A stretch of DNA of 64,000 bases from Eledone cirrhosa. Taxonomy: Eukaryota. Position 1 is the stretch's first letter. Every line of letters begins with the position of its first letter. This document shows, in pieces, positions 42,026-57,836 of this stretch. Location: positions 30,566,001-30,630,000 of the forward strand of contig OZ024759.1 in the NCBI GenBank assembly GCA_964016885.1, in the 5' to 3' direction. Under the pieces are notes generated by a model, which searched no databases, was not told where the DNA came from, and saw nothing but the letters and a program-made list of their open reading frames with translations. A program made the translations under genes and the position numbers.

Positions 42026-42658
42026 GACACTTATTTTCTGTTTGTCCTCGGTTGTCTCTGTGTGTATTTGTGTTTCAACAGTATAAAGATATGTGTTGGT
42101 GTATGGTGCTGTATCTATCCCTGTATATGTATATAGATCTATATGTGTTGGAGAGTGCATGTGAACAGTCGTGTATGTGTGAGCGTGTGTTCATATGTGT
42201 ATATGTGAACGCATTGAACGTACACTTATGCGTGTGTATGTGTGTATATATGGATATATACATAGATCTGTGTGAGTGTGCATGTGTGGACGTGAACATG
42301 TGTACAGATATGTTTGTGTGAACGTATACATTGGCCTGTGTCAGTATGTGTGGGCCTGTATGTGTTTGAATGCGTATATATGTGAGTGTATACCTGTGAT
42401 TGTGAATGTGTATGTATATGAGAGTGTATGTGTATACATTGGTGTGTGTGTGCATGTGCATATGTAAACGTGAATGTGTGTACAATTATGTATGTGTGAA
42501 CGTATACATAAAATTGTGTGTGTGAGTGTTTGTGTCTGTGAGTCAATACTTATGTAAAAGTGTATGTGTATGAGTGTATATATATATGTGCGTGTGTGTT
42601 ATTGTATGTGTCTGAGCCAGTACGTGTGTGAATGTGTATGTGTGTCGGTATATACATA

Positions 42659-42773
<115 letters not shown>

Positions 42774-43176
42774 CTGTGAGTCAGAGCGTTTGTGAATGTT
42801 TCTGTGTATGGGTATATATATATATGCGTCCGAATGTAGATCAGGTAAATAGGTGTGAATTAACGGAATTACTTTAAAGAAAATATTCGTTATTTTTTAT
42901 ATTACCAGAAAGATAATTCAGTTATGGCAGCCCAAACAATTATATAATTGAATTCCCAACCGAATTAAAAAATGAAACTAAACTATTTCTTTAGAATATG
43001 GCAGAATATGTCAATTTGTTCGTTTTTCAGTTGTGACGAAAGCTAGGAACATCAGAACAAATTTAGCACGAAGGCATCTGATAAATATATCTCTATTTCT
43101 CTCCCATATTTTCTGTGTTTCTTACTTTCGCTTTTTCTCTCGTCTCTATGAATATATGTTTATGAATATGTATGAA

Positions 43177-43243
<67 letters not shown>

Positions 43244-43309
43244 ATGTGTATATATATATATATATAAAATATATATAAATTTGTATATATATATATGAAA
43301 TATATATAT

Positions 43310-43400
<91 letters not shown>

Positions 43401-43530
43401 AATATATACACAAATATATATATATTTGTATATATATATTATATATATATTGAAAGAGAGAGAGAGATAATTACTCACATATATGTGCACATAAATATAT
43501 ACATATATATATACATATACACACACACAC

Positions 43531-43667
<137 letters not shown>

Positions 43668-44172
43668 CATTCATACACAAAGATATAATCAAAATGGTGC
43701 TCGTCAATGAAGTCTAGCGTTGATTGCAAACGACAATTATTTTCCCTTATCTAGTTACTCCTACGAAACCGGATACGTGATCAATATTAACTGCCGACAG
43801 TCAGGTGTATTAAAATATGATTATTATTTTAATGTGGCAAGATGGCGTCTTTACTTGTTTCTATGCCCACTCAGAATTATTCTTAACTATCTGTCACATT
43901 TTCCGATAACATACGATGGATAGTGATGGCATGAAACGTTCAGAGGCTGGCTGACTATGAAGAAGGGATGTTAGAGCTGTGAAATCGTGCATTATAAATG
44001 AGACTGGGAGAGGCAGCAGTGTGATAGAATGATAGAGAGATAATGAGAGTGGTCGTGAGGTAGTTTGGACGACTGCAGCCGGAATTAATGTTTATTTATA
44101 TTTATATTTATTTTATTTACAAATAATGTTATGATTAGAAAAGCCTTACAATATATTCTTTGAAGCATATAT

Positions 44173-44222
<50 letters not shown>

Positions 44223-45232
44223 GTATGTGTGCGTATGTGTATATATATATATATATCTATTTATATATATATATATATGTAAATATATATATATATGTAT
44301 ATAAAAATATATGCATATATATATATATGTATGTGTGTATATATGTATAAATGTATATATATGTATTTATATATACATATATATATATATATATCTATAT
44401 ATATGTATATATATGTATGTATATATGTATGTAGATATATATAGATATATATATACACACATATATACATATATATACATTTATATATATATATGTGTGT
44501 GTGTATATACATTAATTTTATATGAAACAATGTAAACCTTAATGTGTGTATTTTTTATTGTGTATTACTACCCCAGTAGTAACATTTTTTGTCACCATCT
44601 AACGGAGCAGGTAATGTTGTGAAGTCTTGCTTAAACTATGCTGTATAAACTATTGTTTCATTATTCTATACTTCACTGACTATAATTTATATGGCTTCAA
44701 AACCTCAGGCGCTGCCACAGTATTACTGGTGTTGGTGACGGTGGTGGCGATGTTGTTGTTGTTGTTGTGGTGGTGGTGGTGGTGGTGGTGAGGATGGTGG
44801 TAAGGGTGGTGTTGGTGTTTTCCTGGTTTTGGTAGTGGAGATGGGTTTTTTTTCTTGATGATGGTGATGTTGTTATCGTCGTGGTGGTGATGGTGGTGGT
44901 GGCGCTGTCACAGTATTATTGCTGGTGATTGTGGTGGCGGCGGTGGTGGTGGTAGTGATTGTGGTGGTGGTGTTAGTGGTGATGTTGTTGTTGTTGATGA
45001 TGATGATGATGTTGCAGTTAACGTTGCTGGTGATGGTGATGATCGTGTTGGCGGTGGTGGGGTTTGATAATGGTGCTGCTGGGGTTGGTGTTGGCATAGA
45101 TGGGGCTAGTTGTAATGACGGTGATGTTTTGGGAATTTTTAATAGCAAATGCAATACTAGGCCCGGCGGTGACAACGTTTATAAATACATATTTGACTGT
45201 AAATCAAATAGCCTAGAAACACACATACACAA

Positions 45233-45293
<61 letters not shown>

Positions 45294-45294
<1 letters not shown>

Positions 45295-45427
45295 TGCATT
45301 TCCCGGCGTCGAATACTCTACTTTTTTCCTTATAAAGACTCCAGTTGCATTTTCGATTACATCTTTTTTCCTGTATGTATGTTTGTATATATAAGGAAAA
45401 GAAATCGAAAATGCAACTGGAGTCTTT
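45294..45427 (-). repeat. Hairpin plus short tail next to (TA)n (family I)
   Basis: AAAGACTCCAGTTGCATTTTCGATT / AATCGAAAATGCAACTGGAGTCTTT; minus-strand TAGAGTATT ~12 nt beyond the arm. Confidence 0.65.
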
Positions 45428-45534
45428 TTTAAAATATTTACATATTTCTTTTACCGGTTTCACAGTTATTATGTTTTTCAAAAGTAGAATTGAGATGGAG
45501 GGTTTGTTGTTTGTCTCGCATCTCGTACGTATAG

Positions 45535-45574
<40 letters not shown>

Positions 45575-45603
45575 AAAAAAAATATATATACACACACACA
45601 CAC

Positions 45604-45671
<68 letters not shown>

Positions 45672-45995
45672 ATGTGTGTGTGTGTGTACATGATGAGGAC
45701 GATGATGATGATGGTGATGATGATGTTGATAATGATGGTGATGATGATGATGCCGCGGATGTATTAATTCGATCTAATTGCAATCAAACAAGAAATTAAA
45801 ATGTTCAGAAACACAATCAAGGACAATTGTTAATTAAATTAATTTTTCAATACACATTCATTGGTAGTGTGAACTGATTAAATAAATTATAAACCCAAGC
45901 AAACACAAGCAACATCAAGTACTGCAACACAAACGGTATATTAAACATACACACACACATACACATACACCCGCACACACATATATATATATATG

Positions 45996-46094
<99 letters not shown>

Positions 46095-46111
46095 GTATAT
46101 ATATATATATG

Positions 46112-46911
46112 TATCTATCTATCTAAGGCGGGTAGAATTCCCGATATCCATGGACGAGTTCTCTCCAGCGGTCTCTGTCCCTCATTATCGCTGCCATATC
46201 CTGCATCTCCAACAGACCAGTGTCTGTCCTTAGGGCATCAACATATGTTAACCTTGGTCTTCCTCTTGTAGTGTGTCCATGTAGGGGCTCCCAAAGGAGC
46301 ACTGAGTGCAATGTCAACTCTGGATGTCGGTGAGCATGTCCAGCCAACCTCAGTCTCCTCTGTGTCACTTTTGAGCTGACTTTTGGGATGCTCCCATACA
46401 GCTCTGAGTTTTTCATCCTCAGTGTATACTGATTAATGTTCAGAGCCATCCTCAGCATTCTCGTGTAGCACCCATCCACCATCTGAGTGAGTCTCTTGGT
46501 CAGTGTCCAAGTCTCAGACCCATACAGCAGCACAGACTCCACTACAGCAATGAAGAGGCGGATTTTCAGGTCTCTACGAAGGTCCGACTTCCACACCGAT
46601 CTCAAGCTGTGGCACGCCGCCCAGGCCTTGCTCTTCCTCTCAACCACATCATCTTCCGTATTCCCAATCTTTGCTCCCAAATACAGGAAGTCCTCAACCA
46701 ATTCCAGCGGCTTCCCGCCTACATTAGTGATCTCCTCTGGCTTCTCAACATTCTCTACCAGATATTTTGTTTTAGTCTCGGTATCGGATGCTGAATTTGC
46801 CGACGACATAGTTTTGGTGACAAATACAGTGAAGGAGGCAGAGGATTTGATGCGGGAGGTTGAGACTGTGTCGATGAGTGTGGGGCTGAGAATGGATGAG
46901 ACTAAAACAAA

Positions 46912-46912
<1 letters not shown>
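46112..46912 (-). mobile_element. RTE-group LINE, 5'-truncated with 5' inversion; uninterrupted RT C-terminal frame
   Basis: Minus 46123-46779: [49 protein letters not shown]; plus 46780-46912: EFADDIVLV..VGLRMDETKTK; short (TAGA)n tail. Confidence 0.92.
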
Positions 46913-46971
<59 letters not shown>

Positions 46972-46979
<8 letters not shown>

Positions 46980-47560
46980 ATACTTTGGGAGGGTCATGTT
47001 GCCAATAAGAAACACACGCACCAGTTGCTTTCACTTCAATTTAATTTAATATATATTTATAAATTTACAAATTTATAAATTTCTGGTTGGTTGGTTGGTT
47101 CCACAACCAGATAGTTGTTTATATATATATAGTCATAGTTCTTTCGTCACACACTCTGTGACCTCTTCAGTGACTGGGGATTTCTTTCTTCGTTTCTGTG
47201 CCTTTCCTTTCTTCTATCCTACGCCATTTTGTTTGACACACACAAACAAAATGGCGTAGGATAGAAGAAAGGAAAGGCACAGAAACGAAGAAAGAAATCC
47301 CCAGTCACTGAAGAGGTCACAGAGTGTGTGACGAAAGAACTATGACTATATATATATAAACAACTATCTGGTTGTGGAACCAACCAACCAACCAGAAATT
47401 TATAAATTTGTAAATTTATAAATATATATTAAATTAAATTGAAGTGAAAGCAACTGGTGCGTGTGTTTCTTATTGGCAACATGACCCTCCCAAAGTATAA
47501 CAATATCGGTTTCAACACACGATTTCAGATAAAGAACCTTGCTAAACAAATTCAGAAACG

Positions 47561-47563
<3 letters not shown>
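46972..47563 (+). mobile_element. Family B hairpin+tail, 535-bp palindrome (264-bp arms, 7-nt loop)
   Basis: 46972-47235 mirrors 47243-47506 with no mismatch seen; tail 47507-47563; (TA)n on both sides. Confidence 0.93.
47303..47347 (+). ncRNA. Complete minimal type I hammerhead (mirror copy 47131-47175 on minus strand)
   Basis: AGTCA-CTGAAGA-G-GTCACA-GAGTG-TGTGAC-GAA-AGAACT-A-TGACT; CUA site. Confidence 0.85.
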
Positions 47564-47643
<80 letters not shown>

Positions 47644-47711
47644 TATATATTTATATATTTATCCTTATCGAGCCCTCTTAGGATTTTAGTCTTCAAATTT
47701 ATTATTATTAC

Positions 47712-47743
<32 letters not shown>

Positions 47744-47779
47744 TATATAGTTATGTAATAAACAACATAAGATAATTAT

Positions 47780-47838
47780 TTCATTCATCAGTGGTTTCTT
47801 GAAAGCAAACAAAATTTGGTTTCAGTCATCAGAATGAA
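47780..47838 (-). ncRNA. Hammerhead of family J, cleavage triplet degenerate
   Basis: Minus strand TTCATT-CTGATGA-CTGAAA...TTTCAA-GAA-ACCACTGAT-G-AATGAA; flank matches the 53045 arm. Confidence 0.6.
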
Positions 47839-47906
47839 AATTACCTGGTGTATTTATAGACAGTCGATTTTAAAAACAAAAATGGACCTTTCCGACGGAA
47901 TTACTT

Positions 47907-47979
<73 letters not shown>

Positions 47980-48597
47980 GTATATACACGTATATATACA
48001 TACATATATACGTAGGTAACTATGAAACTCCTATTAAAATCAATGACAGGAATGCTGTAGTGAATCTCTATATTCACACACTCTTTGTCTATATTTTAAA
48101 GACATATCTTAAAACGCTATTGTCTTATATTCACGTTCCCTATTCCAACAATACATTCTACTGTGGGAATATTACAATCATTTTCCATTTATTCACATTG
48201 TGTGTATTTTCATAGCAATTACTGGCTTTTCCAGTAAAATGCACACAGTTTTCTAATTATTATTGATTTTTCTGCTATAAATTCTCTATCAAACACCATC
48301 TGCTTCAGATATATTTTTTCTCTTTCTTTCATTAGATGTATATCTCACCTTCTTTCACTCCCTCACCTCTATTCTTCCATTTTTCTCCCTCTTTCCTTCT
48401 CAGCATATATATATATATATGTGTGTATAAATATATATAGAGATATATATAGGTGTATATATATAGGTATATATATATGTATATATATATATATATATAA
48501 ATATAGACGTGCGCACATACATACACACACATGTATAAATACATAAATATATATATATGTGCATGTATAAATACATATGTAAATATATATCTATAGG

Positions 48598-48707
<110 letters not shown>

Positions 48708-48757
48708 CATATATATATGTGTGTGTGTATATGCATATATATATATATATGTGTGTG

Positions 48758-48810
<53 letters not shown>

Positions 48811-49108
48811 GTTCCGGAAGGCTTTACCCGTAGTCAACATCGAAGTTGACTTATTGAACTAAATAGCCTCAAACAGAAATGAATAAGATCACGTGATCTG
48901 TCAGCGGGTGACCTAGCCTCTAGTATAATGTCAGTCTGACTCTCACATACGATGACATCTACCCCCCCCCCCACACACACACGCACATATATATACCTAT
49001 ATATAAATATATACATATAAATGTATATATGTTTGGTTAGTGGTAGTGGTAGTAGAGAGGAAATGGTTAATCTCCTCCTCTCGTTCTCTCTCTCTATATA
49101 TATACATA

Positions 49109-49143
<35 letters not shown>

Positions 49144-49316
49144 ATATATATATATATATGTGTGTATATATGTGTGTGTGCGTACGTGTCTGTGTGTACC
49201 TGTCTCTATCATCGATACAGGAGGTTATCAATTGTGCAACACTAATTCACAATTCATAGGCAACATATATATAAATGAATATATATATATATATATATAT
49301 GTGTATATATATATAA

Positions 49317-49390
<74 letters not shown>

Positions 49391-49478
49391 AAATATATAT
49401 ATATGTATATATATATATAAATGTATATATATATGTATATATGTATATATATATATTATATATGTATATATATAAATA

Positions 49479-49585
49479 TATAGGAAGAATTATGGCCCCG
49501 ACGGCAGAGCTCAATCCGTTTCGACGGCTATTTCTGGCGTACTCTTGTGCGTTATGGTCCATCTGGTTACTTACCACAACTCGTT

Positions 49586-49590
<5 letters not shown>
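49479..49590 (+). mobile_element. Family A collapsed copy
   Basis: Left arm joined directly to tail at GTACTCTTGTGCGTTATGG. Confidence 0.8.
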
Positions 49591-49653
<63 letters not shown>

Positions 49654-50124
49654 GTATATATATATTTATATATATGTACGTATACGTATATGTGTGAGGA
49701 GTTAGTAGTTAGGTTTAATGACGATGTTAATCACATTAATATTTAGGGAAGGTAGTGTACAAATATTACACAGCAGAGAGGCCCGGCATGATGTTTAAAT
49801 CGTTATATAACACATAAACACATACACGCACCCACACACGTTCACACATACACATAATCACACGTTCACACATACAGTTATACACACACACACGTATATA
49901 CATGTATCAAGAATCTCACCGGAAGTAAATCCATCATACAATGGCAGACTGATTTAGTTGGCGCTAAACCCAAGGAAACTTAAGTATCTGCATATGCCGC
50001 TCTTGTGACTAATTTATATATATGTATGTGGGAGTGTGTGTGTATGTGTGTATGTATGTATATATGTTTCTATGTGTGTATATATATATATATATATACT
50101 TATATATATATATATATATATATA

Positions 50125-50196
<72 letters not shown>

Positions 50197-50198
<2 letters not shown>

Positions 50199-50269
50199 TT
50201 TTAATATAGATCTGCTATGTATTGAGTATCTTACTTACTGTGGTTACCTCCGATTCAACCCGGAATAAC

Positions 50270-50270
<1 letters not shown>
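50197..50270 (+). mobile_element. Family C collapsed copy
   Basis: AGTTTTAATATAGA (arm start) fused to tail TCTGCTATGTATTGAGTA...CCCGGAATAACG. Confidence 0.8.
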
Positions 50271-50316
<46 letters not shown>

Positions 50317-50318
50317 TA

Positions 50319-50393
<75 letters not shown>

Positions 50394-50396
50394 TCG

Positions 50397-50428
<32 letters not shown>

Positions 50429-50429
50429 A

Positions 50430-50525
<96 letters not shown>

Positions 50526-51065
50526 CATCCTGGACACACACCAATGTAACTATAAAATGAATCCTTTCTAGTTTGCGGTTTCCAGGATTAGATCAATTAC
50601 GTACACACAGCAATCTTATAAACTAAAATAGAAACAGTAAAATGATCTAGTGAGTCCCTGAACGTAAAATCTAATGTAGGTAATAAGCTCTTAGATCTGA
50701 TATACAACTATTTCACCCCGCACAACATAGGAACAGTTTCGTTAAGATCGACGATTCGTTAAGATCGATATTAACTGCTTTCAATAAACATGTTGTAAAA
50801 ACAGTGTGCTCTTGCAGGGTAAAGAGAGATTCTATTTTGTAGGCTCGCTTCAATTTCAATACTACCAGGCAACATTTAAGTATCGTGAGGACATTAATTC
50901 TGCATTTGAAGGGTGCCGGCCCAAAGAAATACAACAATCAGAGTGATTAGCGGCCTTTAGAATCACCTGATCAATGAAACAATTTTTAATACTAGAAATA
51001 AAACCCTTTTTGTACAGCCGATCATGTTATTCTTCAATCTTTCACTATATATATATATAAATATA

Positions 51066-51140
51066 TGAAAAAGGGTCAGAACCCCGGGCCTGAACTCCAG
51101 CCGTTTCGACAGCTAGATCCAAACTAGCTGTCGAAACAAC
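51066..51140 (+). mobile_element. Family A diverged fragment
   Basis: GTTTCGACAGCTAG...CTAGCTGTCGAAAC hairpin. Confidence 0.65.
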
Positions 51141-51306
51141 CTTTATATATTGTAGCATAATTTATTAAAGGATATCGAAAGCTGGGAGAGTACTCTATCA
51201 ATGGGATTAGTTTTTTATACACATATTTATTACGTTAAATATACTGCCAATTATGTTAGCATGTATCTTTGGTTGATGGCTTCAAATATTTTAAAATCAG
51301 ACTCAC

Positions 51307-51353
51307 CTCTTCCGCCTCTATTGATACCATTTTGTATTGGTTGTCTTCTTTCC
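51307..51353 (-). CDS. Candidate 47-nt internal exon of an unknown gene
   Basis: Minus strand CTTTTTCACTCTCACAG| ... GAG|GTGAGT; two open frames (KEDNQYKMVSIEAEE or ERRQPIQNGINRGGR). Confidence 0.45.
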
Positions 51354-52498
51354 CTGTGAGAGTGAAAAAGTTCCGAAAAAGGGAAGTTTAAAGAACAATA
51401 AATATAAATAGGAATAGGTTTAGGTTTAGGAACTGGTAAAAGACAGGTAAGGGAATTAAAGGTTGTCTACATTCTGTGAAAATTATAAGGAACTTCTTTT
51501 TTCAATGTCAATATGGTTAAAAAAGAAAATATTGAAGTGAATAGGTAGGTGATATCGGTGGCCAGTGAGTGAGATCTATCTTAGGCTACTATTAATGTGG
51601 CGAAATATGGAATGAATTTAAGAGCTTGGGAGTCTCTGTGATCGAAGAGATCTGCCCTTGTATTAAACACCATCAAGGGACTGCAAAACAAAGGTCATCT
51701 TCACAGCACTGTCACGCAGACCTAGAAAACAGCAACATATGAAAAGATATCTGACATAAAAAGATAACCCCTTCCCCTTTTCTTTCATTCGTTGCCTAAT
51801 AACCCTTGCCCATTCCTTCATTTTTCATCTCATTTACAGCATTTATATTCCTGTCCAATTCAACCTTCCTTTTTTATGTTTGACTGACTCTTAAATTCTT
51901 TAGTATTTTTATGTAATTGTCTTTTCCTATAAATATATTTCAAAACTATTTTGAAATAAAATATTATAAATCATATAAAAATACAAAACAAAACAAAAAG
52001 AATAAAAAATATATAAAGAAAAATAAAGAGAAGGTGATATCTCAATCCCAGATTAATCTTTAATTCGGCCAATGGACTGAAGCATCTTACAGCAAGCATC
52101 GGCAGGAAGCCAATCAGTGAAACTACGCCAAGTGTAAATATATTAGACAATGCGTAGCAACAGAAAAAAATCATGTGAATCTGAGGAACAAGCTGACATT
52201 GTGTTGGTAAGGTTATGTAAAGTTAGTCAATGAAAGAAGGCAGATTATGATATATATATACCTTCCAAGTTGTGTATGTGACGTGAATAAAGATGATAAG
52301 CAAACAATAGATAGTATAGGTACATCTCAAGTACTGATGTGTTTACTGTAATGTATACCTCGGGGATTATAACGAATGAAATCGTATAATCGATATATGT
52401 CTGTCGGTCTGTCTGTCTGTCTGTCTATCTGTCTGCCTTTAGGTATGTATAAATATATATATATATGTATGTATATCCATATATATATATATATATAT

Positions 52499-52615
<117 letters not shown>

Positions 52616-52959
52616 ATATATAATATATATATATATATAATATATAATATATAACCATTATTATTATTAATTTTATAAATATATATACATATATATATAT
52701 ATATATAAACAGAGAGAGAGAGAGTACAATATTGATAGATACATAGATAAATGGAATAAATTCACCAACCCAACATACTGCTAGCTACAAGGCAATTACA
52801 ACAATGTCATAAAAACATAATTTGAATGAAATACAACAGAGATTAAGGCTGGCCGGTGTTGAGAGAGAGAGAGAAGCTAAGTTTCCTCATATTAATATTG
52901 CATTAGAAACTGGCCCTGTGCTTAAATAGATAATCATTATTGCATTAGAATAGAGACTG

Positions 52960-53192
52960 TGATGTGGCTTCTTTTGTTGTCATAGTATTTCCGTAGGATG
53001 GGGTAAAGGAAAGGAGAGTGCTCTATGTAAGCTACAGAGGTATTTAGTTATGTAATAAACAACATAAAACAATTATTCCATTTACCAAAGGTTTCAGGAA
53101 GACAGACGTGATCTGAAATCCGAGCTCGTCTGTCTTCGTGAAAACCTTTGGTAAATGGAATAATTGTTCCATCATGTTTTATATTACATAAC

Positions 53193-53199
<7 letters not shown>
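52960..53199 (-). mobile_element. Family J hairpin+tail (~160-bp palindrome) with 3' half hammerhead
   Basis: 53041-53199 inverted; GAA-ACC-TTT-GGT-A stem III; minus-strand TAGAGCACT ~15 nt past the arm. Confidence 0.75.
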
Positions 53200-53258
<59 letters not shown>

Positions 53259-53614
53259 GACAGGGAAAAATAGACGATTATAAGGAAGAAAAATATATTG
53301 TTTTCCTTTTTTTTGTGTCTCTCCCCCTCTTTTTTCTGGGTTATAAAATGATTAAAACGAAATGTTTTACTTTGTGTGAAGTGTTAAGGTATTAGTTGAT
53401 TTATTTATTATTTAACAATGGCATTTATTTATCTATTTATCTATTTTATTATTTTATTATTATATATTATATATTATTATACATTTTATTATTATTATAT
53501 ATATATATACATATATATATGGGTGGCTGCATAATAAGCATATGTGCTTTTCTTTCTCGGTCCTTCCTATTAAGACTGTGTTTCCTTCTATTTCGTCTTT
53601 TAATTTTCATTCTA

Positions 53615-53650
53615 ACTTCTGATGAAGTTCTAGTGTCCGAAACGTAAATT
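53615..53650 (+). ncRNA. Degenerate minimal hammerhead (family F-like)
   Basis: CTGATGA-AGTTCTAGTGTCC-GAA-ACGT-A; stem II mismatched. Confidence 0.5.
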
Positions 53651-53656
53651 CTCTTC

Positions 53657-53688
<32 letters not shown>

Positions 53689-53706
53689 CACACATACACC
53701 TATATA

Positions 53707-53840
<134 letters not shown>

Positions 53841-54473
53841 ATAACAAGATTATTATATTATTATATGTATATGTGCACACATGCAACATGTATTTATCGA
53901 AAATGAAATGCTAACAGGTGGTGCATAAACACAACATTAATGACACGGAGAAGACCGACGAATTAATCAGTTTGATACTAAGATATGTCACGTGATGTGT
54001 GGTATTGTAAACATCTTTTTATGATTTTACTTTTTTCCTCGTTCAAATCCGCCATCTTGGAAATAAAATGAAATCGAATCAATAGAGTTTTATTGTATAA
54101 AGTCACAAAACTGCCTACAACCTTGATTTGATAACTCATTTACATTTTTTCTCTTTCTTTCCAATCTTCATGAATAAAGGTTTTGTTGATTTATATAGAA
54201 TTCGTGTTCAAGGAATATTTGTTTTAGTGTAACGGCCTTCATTCCTTAGCTGAATTTATTCCTGAATATATATATATATACATACATATACATATATACA
54301 CATATATATAGATATATATACATACATAAATGCATACATATATACATGTTTGTGTGTGTGTGTGTTTGTTTGTATGTGTGTGCGTTTGTGTGTGTGTGAG
54401 ATCTTCCTAAACGTGATACTTATAAGACTTTGTGTTTTGTATTATATATTTGCCTTGTCTTGTCAATTCATGC

Positions 54474-54569
<96 letters not shown>

Positions 54570-54629
54570 CATACATATATATATACGAGATATATATATA
54601 AAATACATATATACATACATATATATGTG

Positions 54630-54697
<68 letters not shown>

Positions 54698-54715
54698 TTG
54701 TCTTGTCAATTCATG

Positions 54716-54751
<36 letters not shown>

Positions 54752-54882
54752 ATTTAATCTGCGTTAGCCAACGGCGAAGAATCGTGGATAACATACGATG
54801 AACTTGAAGAAGTACACATTATTGTTGACCAATGATTGAATTAACATATCTATATTTCTGTATCTATCTATCTACCTACCGA

Positions 54883-55013
<131 letters not shown>

Positions 55014-55279
55014 GCATATAGACATTTCCCCTCATCAGTTGTCTGCTGTGTGTCTCTGATGCTTCGGCGCACTAAAGACAATACATCTGTCCGCAGTGCG
55101 ATAATAATTAAGAACTTTATTAGGGAGGGGAATGACAAAACAGAAACGATTCTCTCTCTTTGCTATCACTTTTTCATCTGTTCGTATTTTAATTGTTCAA
55201 AACACACACCCACACACACACACACAGACACGCACACCCATATATATATATATATTTATATATTGTATCCACTGTGCTC

Positions 55280-55333
<54 letters not shown>

Positions 55334-56343
55334 CAGGGAGTTCAGTAAATCTGAATGGGTTTGTGAATGTATGTGCATGTGTATGTGTGTGTTTGTGAGT
55401 GTATGTGTATGTGTGTGTGTATTTGTGAGTGTGTTCAGAAGTATATGTTTGTATGTGTCTGTGCGTCTACATAGCGTGTTTGTGTATTTATGTTTATGTA
55501 TATGTGTGTGTGTTTGTGTGTGTTTGTGTGTATGCGTGTGTATTTATGTATGTGTATATACAGGTGTCATCTATACTCTGTTTGCTTGTATATGCGTATC
55601 TGAAGCCATGTTCGTTATTTGTGTGTATATATATATATGTTTTCGTGTGTGTGTGAATGTGTGTTTACGTGTGTTTATTTTTGATTATGTTTACCCACAA
55701 ACAAGTATATAAATATATACACACATACATATGTGGTTATGATTATTATATGTTTCCATTTCAATTTCATGTATACACATTTAAATATAATTTCAGCAGG
55801 AAATATATTTTCTCTTACTTGTAACTAAATTGACATCCCAAAATACATTTTAACATATCTAACATATTACCATATATGTAGATAAGTGCATATGTCTCTG
55901 TGTGTGTGTGTGTATTGTGATATGTGTATGTGTGTGTGTGTATTGAGTTGTGTGTGTTGAGATGTGCGTTTGTGTGTGTATGTGTGTGTTTGGAAGTGTG
56001 TGAGTGACTGTTTGTGTGTATAATTTAGTTCGTCAATGTGTGTGTGTGTCTGTTGATGGGTTTGTGAATGTATGTGCATTTGTATGTGTGTGTCGCTGTC
56101 GGTGTCTTTGTGAATGTGTGTGTGTGTTCGTGTGTGTGTATGTGTATGTGTATGTGTGTGTGTGTGTGTATGTGTTTGTGAATATACGTGGGTGGGCGTA
56201 TATTGAGATACTTTTATTTATTATCGAAAATACAAGTATTAATTCATTTTAAAAAGCAAAACGCACATAAGTACATGTGGACTTATGTATGGCTATGTTT
56301 ATATATATACATATATTTGTATACATCAGTATAAATCTCTCCT

Positions 56344-56395
<52 letters not shown>

Positions 56396-56403
56396 TTTTA
56401 TAT

Positions 56404-56436
<33 letters not shown>

Positions 56437-56557
56437 CATACACACATATGCAAATTTAAACGCATGTAAATTCTAACACTCTCACAAACATATATAGCTG
56501 TGCGAGCATATATAAATATATATAAATAATAATAATAATATATATATGTATGTATAA

Positions 56558-56707
<150 letters not shown>

Positions 56708-56731
56708 GTATATATATATATATATTATTAT

Positions 56732-56763
<32 letters not shown>

Positions 56764-57294
56764 CATACACACACAAAGAGAGAAAAGTGTAATTAAATGA
56801 AAGAAATGTATAGCCACAAGTATCATCTCTACGCCCATATGTATATCAAATTTATTTATGTAAATTTACGTACATTTACGTACATTTACGTACATTTACG
56901 TACATTTGCTTATATTTACGTATATTTAGGTGTATAGCTGCGACATCATTTTAAGTGAAACAACGATACGCTATGATTGATTGTGATACTGAATATAAAT
57001 AGCAATAATATTAAAGTAGTTTCTATTTACAAACTATCTAAATGAAACATCTAACAAGTGAAATGTTGAAGCTCGATCTTTTATGCTAGAGAGTTCTCTA
57101 CGGCAGCCATGGGAAACTCTGTTGTATTGAATATGTAATGGGGTTGAGTTAGAAACTTGTAATCAGCAAGACATTATAGTTACATCATTAACTTAATGCG
57201 TGTGGATTTATGTATATATATATATGTACGTATGTATATCCATACTCGATAACGAGGGGGCAGCCATCATATACTCTTTTACTCTTTTACCTCC

Positions 57295-57416
<122 letters not shown>

Positions 57417-57570
57417 GGCGCTGAGTTTTGTTGTAGTACAATAAAGCAATGCAGATATCGGATAATAAGCACTCTACAGTTTGTAGGACTGGAGTATACA
57501 TAATATATAAGAACAAAAGATGGTTAAAAGAGTTCCATGTATTTTATTATGCGCATATATATATATATAT

Positions 57571-57766
57571 AGCAAAAGAGTGAGTATCCCGACGGCTGAG
57601 CTCCCGCCGTTTCGACAGTTAGATCCGAATCGACAGCCAGATCTGAAACGGCCGGAGCTTAGCCGTCGGGGTGCTGACTCTTTTCCTATTACCCACTCTA
57701 CAGCCCTAAGTATCGAGTACTCTGATGTGCTATGTTCCATCTGGAACCCTACGACACTTTCTTTAT
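57571..57766 (+). mobile_element. Family A diverged hairpin+tail
   Basis: Imperfect arms plus full tail. Confidence 0.8.

Positions 57767-57831
<65 letters not shown>

Positions 57832-57836
<5 letters not shown>

Noticed and set aside
50818-50946. 42-codon open frame after TTGCAG as a terminal exon
   Set aside because: No recognisable homology; length compatible with chance.
51265-51330. EAEEVSLILKYLKPS as a GIY-YIG C-terminus
   Set aside because: No upstream GIY-YIG motifs; better explained by an exon/donor boundary.
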